Shown here: piece by piece, positions 1 through 10,900 of the stretch
Layout of the letters: every line of letters starts with the position of its first letter
How positions within the stretch are numbered: position 1 is the first letter of the stretch
Assembly: GCA_001724265.1 (NCBI GenBank)
Contig: MEDY01000189.1
Location: 44,211 to 64,210, forward strand
Origin: Rhizaria sp. SCN 62-66
Taxonomy: Eukaryota
Reading direction: 5' to 3'
Length of the DNA: 20,000 nt
Made by a program: the position numbers and the translations under genes
The notes under the pieces: generated by a model
The model's input: only the letters and a program-made list of their open reading frames with translations
What the model was told of the DNA's origin: nothing
The model's database searches: none

Positions 1-180
1 GAAAGAGTCAAAGAGGCAGGAAAGTGAGGAGTAGAACAATTCAAGATACAAGATATGAGAGAGCTTCAATTTAATAATCATACATATACACATTTAAAAA
101 AAAAAAGAACGACAATTTCTTAATATGCAAAAACGGTGAACTATACTCCACGAAAGCTGAAGAGCGTAAGAATAGCGTAC
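1..180 (-). other. Spliceosomal intron (partial; acceptor outside the window)
   Basis: Donor AG|GTACGC at 180 matches the other donors in the window. Sequence becomes AT-rich, and 1..50 is pyrimidine-rich on the - strand. The TAG at 141-143 that closes the computed ORF lies inside this intron. Confidence 0.7.
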
Positions 181-1727
181 CTGGCCTCTGTGTCCTGCGC
201 CTGCGACACGGCCGCGACGGCCGAGTCGAGCGAGCCCTGGCTCTGCGCAATCTGCCCCAGGAAGCCCTCGCGCTGCGCCAGGAGCGCCTGCGCCTGCGCG
301 TTGAGGTCGGCCACCTGCGCCGAGAGATGCGCCGTGACGAGCCGGTGGTGCTCCTCGCGGTCGATGGCCGTCGCCAGCTCGGTCCGCGCCGCCAGGGCGC
401 CGCGGCCGATGGCGCGCAGCTGCTCGTCCAGCGCCGCCTTCTCCTCCCACAGCGTCTCCAGCTGCGCCCGCAGCGCCGCCACCTGCGCGCGCAGCGCCGG
501 CGCCGACGCCGAGTCCTCTTCCTCGTCGTACGGATCCTTCTTGCCATCGCTCTGGGGCTTGGTCTCAGACTGCTGCTGTTTGCTGTCCTGCGCGGGGTTA
601 GCTTCGGGGGCAGCCGTCGCCGTCGCCGCCGCGTTGCCGCCGCTGTTGGCGTTGGCGTTGGCGAGCGCGGCCTTGAGTGCGGCGACCTGTTTGCGCAGCG
701 TCGCGACCTCGCCCGCGTGCACCTCGGCGGCGCCGCGCCACTCGCCCGCCTCGGCCTGCGCCGCCGCCGCGTCCCGGCCCGCCGCCAGCGCCCGCGCGCG
801 CGCCCGCGCCAGCTCACCGCGCGCGTCGTCGCGCTCCAGCTCGGTGCGCCGCTGCAGGTTCGCCATGCGCCGCACGTCGTCGCCGCGCGCGCCGGCCTCG
901 GCGGTTGCCGCCGCCAGCGCTGTCTGGGCCGCGGTGAGCGCGGCGGCGGCGGCGGCCTGCGCGGCGCGCGCGTCGGCCAGCTGCGCGCGCTCGGGCAGTG
1001 CGTCAAGCGCCTCGCGCAGCGCGCGCGCCTCGTCCGAGCGCGTCTGCAGCGCGGCCTGGGCCTGCGCCAGCCGGCTCGCTGCGTCGGCGCGGGCGGCCAC
1101 CACGGTCACCAGCTGCGCCCGGACAAGCCCCGTGCGCGCGTCCGCCGCCTGCGTCTCGGCGCGCGCGTCCGCCAGCTGCTTCGCCAGCGCGGCGATCTGC
1201 GCCGCCAGCTGCTCTGAGCTCGCGCGCGAGAGTCCCGCCTCGCGGTCGCGCTGCTCTAGCGCGGCCGCCTGCGCGCGCGAGGCGGCGAGCAGGGCCTGGA
1301 GGCGCTGCAGCTGGTCCGCCTGCTGCGCGCAAAAGCCCGCCACGGCCGCGTAGTTGCGCTTCAGCGTCAGCACGTACTCCAGGTCCATCTGCAGCGTCGC
1401 CAGGGAGGAAATGTCGCCCGCAGAAGGGGCGGGCGCAGGTGCAGATGATGAGCCCGCTGCCGCAGAGGCTGATGCTGTGGCCGCTGATGATAACGATGTC
1501 GAGGTTGCAAAGGCTGACTGTGACGTCTGCGGTCCTTGGGTTGCGCCCGATGAGGCCGCAGACGCGAAGAAGAGCGAAGGACCCATCTGTGGCTGCGGCT
1601 GTTGCTGACCAGAGGAACTAGGACTGGGGAGAGCTGAAAAGTCGCCGAAGTCATTGGCTGTAGCTGAAGCCGTGTTGTCAGTGCGGCGACGGCCCGCAAG
1701 AATGGGGTTTGCCGTCGACGTCGACAT
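181..1727 (-). CDS. Uncharacterised long coiled-coil protein, first exon only; gene continues past the left edge
   Basis: Part of ORF 141..1844. Likely start is ATG at 1727 (MSTSTANP), since the upstream part of the ORF is AT-rich and looks non-coding. A Ser/Ala/Gln low-complexity N-terminus is followed by long heptad-like Ala/Leu/Glu/Gln/Arg helices (LQRLQALLAASRAQAAALEQ; LRAQVAALRAQLETLWEEK). GC-rich coding composition ends abruptly at GCCAG|GTACGC (181/180). Confidence 0.75.
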
Positions 1728-2114
1728 TGATCGCTGTGGTTGTCTCTGCAACAAGACACAACTGTGTGAGGTTCGGGATAGTGCTTGTGGTGCTAAATAA
1801 GGAAGGCTGTAGCAGAGCAAAAATGCTACATTGTGAGTGACCATAATAAAAAAAGAGATTAAACGCCAAGAATGTTCACACGACGTTGAATATAATTTAA
1901 CTGACGATCAAAACATCGAGATATGATCAATTCTAAATAGTGGACCGTTTTTCGAGTCGTCCCAGCCAGCCAATCGACCTCGAAAGTCAGCGATTGACCG
2001 TGGGCAAAACGGGGAGCCTGGTGGCGGCTTAAGTTTAAGTAAGGGCAGGTCGACAGAGATGAGGGGCGACTTTGCAAGAGCTCGTTCTTGTCCAAGTGTT
2101 TCCATCTGTGAACA
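1728..2114. promoter_or_regulatory. Probable bidirectional promoter/UTR region between divergent genes
   Basis: Inferred only from head-to-head starts under 400 bp apart and lower GC; no specific element identified. Confidence 0.45.
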
Positions 2115-4405
2115 ATGAAGGGTTTCTGCCTTTTGTTTGCTTTGGCTGCGCTTTTTGCAAGCGCCCTCGCTTACACAGCGGTACGTATCGCGCCCTATCC
2201 CGCCTGCCATGTTGCCCCCAAAGGGGAACTGGCTCTGCTCTCGCTTCCTTTGCTTTCGCCCATTTCCAGCATCTGCACATCCATGTTTGAATCCCTGCGT
2301 ACTTCCATGCGATGTTATACTCCGCAGAGAATCTCGTGCAGTGCTGGTGAGCGCGTGTGTCCGCCTCTTTTGCCACTCCAAGCCCCCTTTTAAGTCTTCT
2401 CGAGCCACTCCCCTCTACCAATCGACTCAGTGCTTTCCTCTCCTCTCTCACACCCCATTCTCTTCACCCCTATCCATTTTCACGCGTCCTTCGCCTTGCT
2501 TTACTATAGGAGGAGAGTCTTGCAAACCGTGTGACCACGTCTGCGGGGCCTAGTGCTTCGTTCGTGGATATGTACTCGGAGACTCACGCCGAGGGCGAGA
2601 TGTCTGCTGAGGAGGCCTACCAGCTCGAGGCCCAGCAGGAGGCCGACGACGCCGCTCTCGTTGAGATGTCGTCTGCCGTCGCCTTCGAGACTGAGCTCGA
2701 TGCCGCGGCCGAGACCGAGACCGAGGCCGAAGTTGACCGCCGCCGCCGTCGTCGTCGTCGTGGCGGCATCATCCGCCGCATCTTCGGCCGCCGCCGTCGT
2801 CGCCGCGGACGTCGCGGACGTGGACGTGCCGCTCCCCCGCGCATCATCCACCGCGCTGCCCCCGCTGCTCCCGCTGCCCCCGCAGTGGACAACACCGCCG
2901 TCCAGGCCGCGGTCGCCGCCGCCCGTGCGAAGGCTGAGGTCGAGGCCGCCGCCGCCGCCAGGGCCGCCCGCGCCAAGGCCGACGCCGACATCGCCGCCGC
3001 CGCCGCCGCCGCGCGCGCCAAGGTCGAGGCCGAGGCCCGTCTGGCCGCCGAGGCCAAGGCGCGCGCCGAGGCCGAGGCCCGCGCGCTGGCCGCTGCCCGC
3101 GAGAAGGCCGCCCGCGAGGCGCGCGAGAAAGCTGCGCGTGAGGAGGCGATCCGCGCCAAGGAGCGAGCTGTCGCCGAGGGCAAGGCCAAGGCCGAACGCA
3201 TCCGTCTGGCGCGCATCGCGACGCAGAAGCGCATCGCCAACGCGAACCAGAACGTGATCAAGAAGATCGAGAAGGCTCGCCGGCGCTCGCAGAGCTGGAA
3301 GAACCGCGAGAGCGCCATTAAGACCTCGCACGACACGATCGCGAGCGACTTCAAGAAACGCGAGGCCGTCAAGACTCAGGGCGCGGTGCAGATCGAGGCC
3401 GCCGTGGCGAAGCTTAACGTCCTCGCTCGCGAGATCAAGCGCGAGATCAAGGAGGTTGAGCAGAAAAAGGTCGAGCTCGACGCCAACACGCGCATCATGG
3501 CGCGCGCCGCCATCAAGAAGGAGGGCTCGTACCTCGGCGGTCACATCTCGTACCAGCCCGACGTGGCGGGCCCGCGCTTCCAGGCCGAGGCCAACGGCGC
3601 GCCCGCCGTCATCCAGACGCTCGAGCTGGGCAAGAACATCGCGCCCGCTGAGCACGGCCGCGGCTTGATCGACGACAAGTTCAAGGCCGACTTCGCGTCC
3701 AACCTGCGCGCCGGCAACCTCGAGGCGCAGGCCCGCGCGGACCGCCCCGGCATCCTGGAGGACATCCGCCACGCGGCCGCGTTCGACGACGGCGCTGACG
3801 GCCCCACCAAGGCTCAAGCCGAGCTCTCGGACAAGTTCCTCGACGGCTCCTTCCTCGAGACGCTCTCCGAGGCCGACGCCGAGGCTGAGGCCGAGCTCGA
3901 TGCTGAGCTTGACGCCGAGGAGGCCGCTATGGCCGAGGCTGAGGCCGACGCCGAGGCTGAGGCTGAGGCTGAGGCTGAGGAGGAGACTGACGCTGACTCT
4001 GAGGCCGATGCGGACGCTGACGCCGAGGAGGAGGCCGACGTCGACGCCGATGCTGACTCTGAGGCCGACGCCGAGGAGGAGGCCGAGGCCCCCGAGTCGT
4101 TCATGGAGACCGAGGCCGAGGCTGACGCTGCGGCCCTCAAGGACGCCGAGATCGTCAAGATGGAGGCCGAAGCCAAGGCGGCCGAGGACAAGGCCATGGC
4201 GCGCGCCCGCTCTGAGATCAAGAAGATCGACAACTTGGCGGAGCAGCACAAGTCTAACCACGCGCGCCTCACCTCGACCTTCGACTCGAGCCGCGCCAAC
4301 TCCGCGGCCTCCGACCTCGAGGCCACCACCAAGACCAAGAAGCTCGACCAGGACCTCTCCAAGTTCGAGCAGCTCGCCAAGCAGGTCGAGGCCATGGTTG
4401 AGTAA
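2115..4405 (+). CDS. Secreted modular precursor-like protein, 653 aa, exons 2115-2180 and 2510-4405
   Basis: Exon 1 encodes a typical signal peptide MKGFCLLFALAALFASALA-YTA. A phase-0 intron GTACGT...TATAG joins it in frame to ORF 2531..4405. Codons are strongly C/G-ending; stop is TAA at 4403-4405. Contains acidic Ala/Glu/Asp spacers, an Arg-rich segment and predicted coiled coils. No family recognised. Confidence 0.85.
2181..2509 (+). other. Spliceosomal intron, 329 nt, phase 0
   Basis: GTACGT donor, long pyrimidine-rich 3' half, TAG acceptor; splicing restores the frame. Confidence 0.8.
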
Positions 4406-4942
4406 GCAATAAGTCTTGGCTCGACTCTGTCTTTGTTGTTTGGTGTTGAGTAGTTTTTCTCGTGTGTTGGTGGATAACCTGTCGCGCAGGTTTACAAAGA
4501 ACAATTACAACAACTCTCATTTTCTCTTTCGTCCACAGCAATATGAATGAATGTGTGTCGCGCCCGTGTGGGTCTCCGTGAGCCGTGAGTTGGTCGGAGG
4601 GAGCTCCGGACTGACACTGGATGAAATCAATACACATCTTTACTTAAAACAGATATCTACGAGTATTGTTAACAGATTGGTGGTTATTATGACGATAACG
4701 AATGTGTATTCCTCTAGATAATGGGTGCCAGTGCTATGTCTTTCAGTGCAACTTAAAAGCGTAACAAGCGAATCTGCAATCATATTCACTGTGAATCAGC
4801 TTGTTCAAGTACTGTTAATACATGTTCTCGTTGATAACGTTTAAATAGTTCTCATATCGCGAAATTCTATCATTTTGAAATTCACATCTGATTTGTCCCT
4901 CGGCAAAAGTTTGTTATCCTTCCTCATATGAAATGCGTGCAC

Positions 4943-7900
4943 TCAGAAGTGGTTATCCCTGATGTCCACCTCGATCTCCTGTCCTAGGCTGAACACCGTC
5001 CCCCCGGTTCCGGCTCCCGCGCCGCCGCTGCGACCTAGGCTCACACCGCTGCCAGTAGCCGTCGAAGAAGAAGAGGAGCCACCGCTGACGCTGGCGCTAC
5101 CGTCGAGCGCGAGCGCGAGCGCTGCCGCGGTCGAGGGCGGCGCGGCGGGCGCAAGCGTGGGCGTGCACAGGTGCGCCAGCGCCAGCTCGCCCGCAAGCTC
5201 CGCCGCCAGCAGCGCGAACGACGGCGCGCTCGACAGCCGCGGCAGCCGCGGCGCGCGCGCGTCCGCAGACTCGCCGTCGCTCGCTGTCTCTCTCGCTATC
5301 GGGCCTGAGCCGGGGCTTGCGGGGCTGTGCTGCGACGGGAACTCGGGCGCCTGCGCCTGCCATGCCACCGGCGCGGGCTTGGACCAGAAGGACGCGAACA
5401 GCGAGAGCGGCCCCGACGACTTCGGCCGCGCCGTCTTGTGCGACTGCGACTGCGAGCTGCTGTTGGAGCTGCTGTTAGAGCCATTGCTGTTGCTGCTGCC
5501 GTTGTTGCTGTGCTTCGGCGCCATGAACGCGGCGAGCGCGGCCTCGAGCGCGGCGACGTGCGCTGCCGCAGCGTCGCGCGCGCAGCGCAGCTCCGCGCCC
5601 CGCAGCGGCGGCGGCAGCGCGGGCGGCGCCAGGCACGCGCCGCCCAGCGCCAGCGCCTCGCCGCGCGACAGCCGCGCCAGCGCGCGGGCCAGCGCCGCCG
5701 CCGCCTCCGCCTCCGCAGCAGCCTCCGCGGCAGCCTCGGCAGCAGCCTCCGCGGCGGTCTCGGCGTCAGCCTCGGCGTTCGCAGTGCAGCCACCCGCAGT
5801 CGCGCTGCAGCGGGGCGCCGCGTCCGCGGCGCACTGCTCCTGGAGCGCGCGCGCGGTCTCGGTGGCGGCGGCGAGCAGCCCCAGCACGTCGGCGACGCGG
5901 AGCCCTTCGAGCGCGGCCCGCAGGCGCGCGGCGCCGGCGTCCGGCGCGGACCGCGCGAGCGCGAGCACGGCGCGCGCGGCGACTGCGGCTACGCCGCGCC
6001 GGGCGCCCGCGCGCTCGCGCTGCAGCCACCCCTCGGCCAGCGGCGCCGCCAGCGCCAGCGCGTACAGGTGACCCAGCGCGGCGCGGCGCTTGGCCGCGGA
6101 CGCGCCCGCGATGGGCACCACAGCCAGTACGGCGTCCCACTCGCTCCCGCCCGTCGCCGGCGCAGACGCGGCCGCATGTTCACGCGCGGTGCCCGCGGAC
6201 GTCACGGAGCCTGCGGCGGCACCCGCAGAGGGCGGGTGGCCGGCAGCGAGCGCGGCAACGGGGTCTGTCCCCGCAGCGGCGGCGCGCGCGAAGGCGGCGC
6301 GAGCGAAGAGCGGCGGCGCGGGCGCGTGCAGATAGGGGTTGAAGCTGGGGTGCGCGGCCACGGCGGCGAGCGCGCGCGGGGCCGCCGCGAAGGGCCGCAG
6401 AGGCGCCAGCAGCGCAAGCGTGAGGCGGGCCGTGTAGGCGCGCGCCACGGCACTGCCGGCGCGGCACGCGCGCGGACACAGGTAAGGCGTCTGCAGCGTC
6501 AGCAGCCTCAGCCACGGCGCCGCGTCCTCCTCGGCGCGCGCGAGGCACCGCGCGCAGCGGGGCTGCGGCTGTGGCAGGAGCAGGGGGCGGAGGAGCGCGG
6601 CGGCGACGTCGGTGTGGGCGCCAACGGCGGGGCAGTCGCCGTGCGCGGCCGCCGCAGCCGCGCTGCCGCATCCGCCGCCGGCGGTCGCGCCCGCACCGAC
6701 GCCGAACACGGCGCGAGGGCTGCCGGCTCCATTGCTGCTGCTGTAGCCGGTGGGCGCCGGCGCGGCGGGAAACGGGTAGGCGTACGTGTTCGAGTCCAGG
6801 TCCGCGCAGGCGCCGCAGCGTGCGAGCGACAGAAAGCCCGGGCCGGCCAGCCCCGCCGCAGGCAGCAGCGCCGCAGCAGCGTCACCGCCGCCGCCTGGCG
6901 AGGCGAGGAGGCGCACGGCCGAGGCGCCGGCGGCGTCAACCGCGGCCTGCACAAGCCGCCGCGAGCGCAGCGCCTTGGCCGCGAACGACGACAGAGAGGG
7001 CTCGCCCGCGCTCGCGGCCGCGGCGGCGGCGGCCGAGGAGGACCGCAGCAGCGCCCGGGCCGGGACGGAGGCCGACACGGCGGCCGCCGGCGCAGACGAC
7101 ACCTGCTGGTGCTGCTGCTGTGCGCCATGCTGGGCACTGTGTTGCTGCTGCAACGACGTGCGCGGAAGCAGCAGCGGGAGCGAGCCGCCGCCAACGGCGC
7201 CGCCCGCGCGCAGCAGCGCCGGCGGGGCCGCCACGGCCGCGCCCAGCACTGCCCGCGCCGGCGCGCGCGGCCTCAGCGCCGCCACGGCCGCCGCCGACAG
7301 CAGCGTGCCAGTGCCGGGGCCGGGGCCGTTGGCCGCGGGGCCGGCACAGTCGCAGTCGCGGGCAACCCTGTACTCGGCGTCAGCATCGTCGTCGTCGCCG
7401 TCGTCGTCGTCGTCGAGACCGCTCCCCCGGCCGCTGGCGGCACCGCCCTGCTCGCGCCCCTCAGCGCCCGCGCGCACTGGTGCAACAGCCCCGTCGGCGG
7501 CCCGCGGCGCGGGCGGCGCGGGCGGTGCGGGCGGCGTGGGCGTGACCGCGAGCAGCTGCTGCACGCGGCACGCGGCAGCCAGCGGCACCAGCGCGGGCGC
7601 CAGCGGCGCGTCGTGCGGTGCCACGTGCTCCGGCCGCGGCGCGGGCATCAGCGCCCGCTGCGCCCGCAGCGCGCCCTGCGCGGCCACAAACATGCCGGAG
7701 CCATAGACAGGGCCGGAGCCAGTGTGGCTGAGGCCGCGGCTGTGCGCGGCGAGGCCCCAGGAGCGGAGCGCGCGGCGCGAGAGCGGGAGCGTGGCCGCGG
7801 CGGCCTCGACCGCAGTCCCGCCCAGCGCCAGCACCAGCGGCGCGGCCGCGAGACGCCGCAGCAGGTACAGGTCCACGACGCCCACCACGAGCGCGCGCGG

Positions 7901-10900
7901 CGTGTGCAGCGACACGCGCGCGCCCGCCGCAGACGCAGACGCGCGCGCGAACGCGGCTGCGGCTGTCGCGGCAGCGGCCAACGCTGCGGGCAAGGTGGAG
8001 GACGAGGCGGCCGTCGCGGCGGCGACGGCGGCGGCGGCGCTGGCTGCCGTGGCCGCCGCCGCAGTGGCCGCCGCCGCAGTGGTCGCGGCCACGTCCGCGG
8101 CCGTGAGCGCGGCGATGATGGGCTCTAGTAGTGGGTTGCCGACCGAGAGCAGCGGCACCACGCCGCCCGCCAGCGCCGGGCCCGCCAGCGCCGCACCGCG
8201 CGGCTGGGCGGGCGCGACCACGGGCAGCGGCGTAAGCGCGGCGTGCGCGGAGAGCGGCGCGGCGAGCGCGGCGACGGCCAGCACGGCGCGCGACACGGCG
8301 GGCGCCGAGGGGCCCGCGACAAGCACCGGCACGCCCGCCAACACGGCCGCCCACAGAGTCGGCAGCAGCGGCGCGAGCCGCGGGCCCAGCACGGCCAGCG
8401 CGTCCACGGCCGCGTGCGGCGCGTTGAGGCCCGCCAGCGCCGCGGGCGAAGCCGAGACGGCGTACGGTAGCGCAGCTGGCGCGCCCGCAGCAGGCGCAGG
8501 CACGGGAGTCAGCGTCTGTGCGGTCGTCGTCGGGGGGCAGAGCAGCGGCCGGTATGCGGGGCCGGCCCAGACGCGGCCCCAGTCGCACAGGCCGCGGGGG
8601 GCCCCGCAGCCGCCGCTCCCGCTGCTGTCGCAGCTGGTCGAGTCGAGCAGGGCCGAGAGGGCGCGCCACGGGCGCTGGCGCGGGCGCAGGGCGCCGAGAC
8701 CGTGGCTCGCGCCCGCAGCCTCCGCGAGCACCGGAGACACCGCAGCCAGCATCCCGACTGCGCCGGAACCAGCATCCGCATCAGCACCAGCATCAGCATC
8801 AGCATCAGCATCAGCGTCAGCGTCAGCGTTCGTGTCAGCGTCAGCGTTCGTGTCAGCGTCAGCGTCAGCGTCAGCGTCAGCGTCAGCGTCAGCGTCAGCG
8901 TCAGCGTCAGCGTCAGCGTCAGCGTCAGTGCGGGTACGGGCGCAGGTGCGGGCGCTCTCGAAAGCGGCGGCCCGCTGCAGCGCGGCGTCGAGCGGCGAAC
9001 GCGGAGCCGCCAGCAGCAGTGCCGCCACGGCCGCCGCGCCCACCGCCAGCCCCGCCGCGGGGTCGCAGCTCGCTGTGTGCGCTGTGTGTGCTGTGTGGTG
9101 GAGCACCGAGGCCATGAGGCGCCGCGCGCACTGCAGCATGGGCCCCAGCCCCGCGGCCCCGCCCAGCGCCACCCGCTGGCCCTGCGCGCCCGCCCCCATC
9201 GCTTGCGACGATGTGTCGTCTGCGGGCGCGAGGGCCTGCGCGGCAAGCAGCGGCAGCAGCCCCGCGCGCGCGGGCGGGGCCCAGAGCGCCGCGGTGGCCG
9301 CCCACGCCGCGCACAGCACCGCCGCGGGGCCCGCCAGCGCCGCAGACAGCTGTACCCCGGCCACCGTCAGTTCGCCGGCCGCCGTCAGCTCACCGACCGC
9401 CGTCAGTTCGCCGACAGGCTCTGATGCTGTCGCAAGTGCAGTCGCTACGGTTGAGGCATCACTCTCGGGCGATGTGGCTCTGTGCTGCTGCTGCTGCTGC
9501 TGCTGCTGCAGCTTACGGTGTCGCCGCCGCAGCTGTCGCAGCGCGCGCGCGCGGAGCCTGTCGGCCGCGCGCTCGGTGGCGGCGTGCGCGTCGGCCCGGC
9601 TCAGCGCGCGCGCCTCGGCCGCGAACGAGTCCACCACACACGGCGACTGCGCATACGACTGCGGCTACAACTGTGCGTCTGACTGTGACCGTGGTGCGCA
9701 GGGCAAGAGCCCCCAGAGCGCGGTGGCGGCGTCGGCGGCGAGCGCGAGTCCCAGGGCGTGGAGCGGCAGCGGCAGCAGCGCGAACACGGCCTGCTGCGCG
9801 AACCCGCGCGGGCTACTCTCGTCGCGCACGCGCGCGAACCGCGCGTACCCGTACAGCACGCGCACGCCAGCGCTGGCAGCGTCAGAGGCGCCTGCGTGGG
9901 CGGGGGCGTGGGTGTCGCTCTGGAGCAGGGCTGCGGCGGCGGCGCGGGGCGCTCCCAGGGACGGCAGCTGCGGGTGCGGCCGCCACCCCCAGTCCGCAGC
10001 AGCGTCGGTGTCAGCGGCAGCAGCGGCAGCAGCGGCAGCAGCGGCAGCAGCGGCAGCAGCGTGAGCAGCGTGAGCAGCGTGAGCAGCGTGAGCAGCGTGA
10101 GCAGCGTGAGCAGCGTGAGCAGCAGCGGAGCCGGTCTGCGCGAGTGCTGGAGCGACCGTAGCGGCGTCGGCGAGCGCGCGCGGGGCGACGCAGCTGGCGC
10201 CCCAGAGCCCGCGCGCGACGGCGCGCTCGGGGCACTCGTTGCTGTGGCTGCTGTGGTGGCCGTTGTGGCCGCCGCCGCTGATGCTGCTGCTACTGCCGTT
10301 GCTGTTGTTGCTCCTGGCGCTGGCGCCGCCGTTGTCGCCGCCGTCGTCGCCGCTGTCGCCGCCGCTGTCGCCGCTGTCGCTGCTGCTGCAGTCGCCGAGC
10401 CCCTCGCCCGCCCAGCCCCAGGGCCGCGCGGAGTGCCTCGTCGCACGGGCCGCCCGCGCCGCGCGCGTGGCAAGGGCGGCGCGAGACTGGGGTGACTGGG
10501 ACTGGGACTGGGACTGGGACTGGGGCTGGGGCTACTGAGGCTGGGATGATTGAGGCTGGGACGATTGAGGCTGAGGATGAGACTGTTTGTCCCGCTTGCG
10601 CTCCAGCAGCGCCCGCAGCCCGCGCGCGGCCGCGCACCGCGACAGGCCCGCATCGCAGTCTGCGTCACCGACAACGCTCGCACGGGCGCTGCCCCCATTG
10701 CCGTGACCGTTGCTCCTGCTTGCAGTAGCAGTGGCCGCAGGAGCAGCAGCAGTGAGCGGCAGCGGGGGGCGCGCGAGCGCGACCTGCACGGTGAAGCAGT
10801 GCGTGGTGTCGGTCTCGGCGGGCGAGAAGGTGGCCGAGTCGGGGAAGGCGAGCGCGCAGGCGGAGGCCACGGCGGCGGCCGAGAGCCCGTGGACCGGCGG

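Noticed and set aside
2323-2353. Possible micro-exon (CAG...CTG|GTGAGC) inside the 329-nt intron
   Set aside because: With the best-supported donor and acceptor, the candidate lengths (19, 17 or 5 nt) break the frame; direct splicing already works.
2504-4504. 666-aa antisense ORF, and similar long overlapping ORFs (136..1353+, 5327..8128+, 7722..10064+, 14773..16428+, 16990..18219+)
   Set aside because: Shadow ORFs expected from high GC and biased codon use on the coding strand; no recognisable motifs.
8770-8928. Tandem arrays considered as CRISPR or telomeric repeats
   Set aside because: No spacers; they are in-frame coding microsatellites in a eukaryotic gene.
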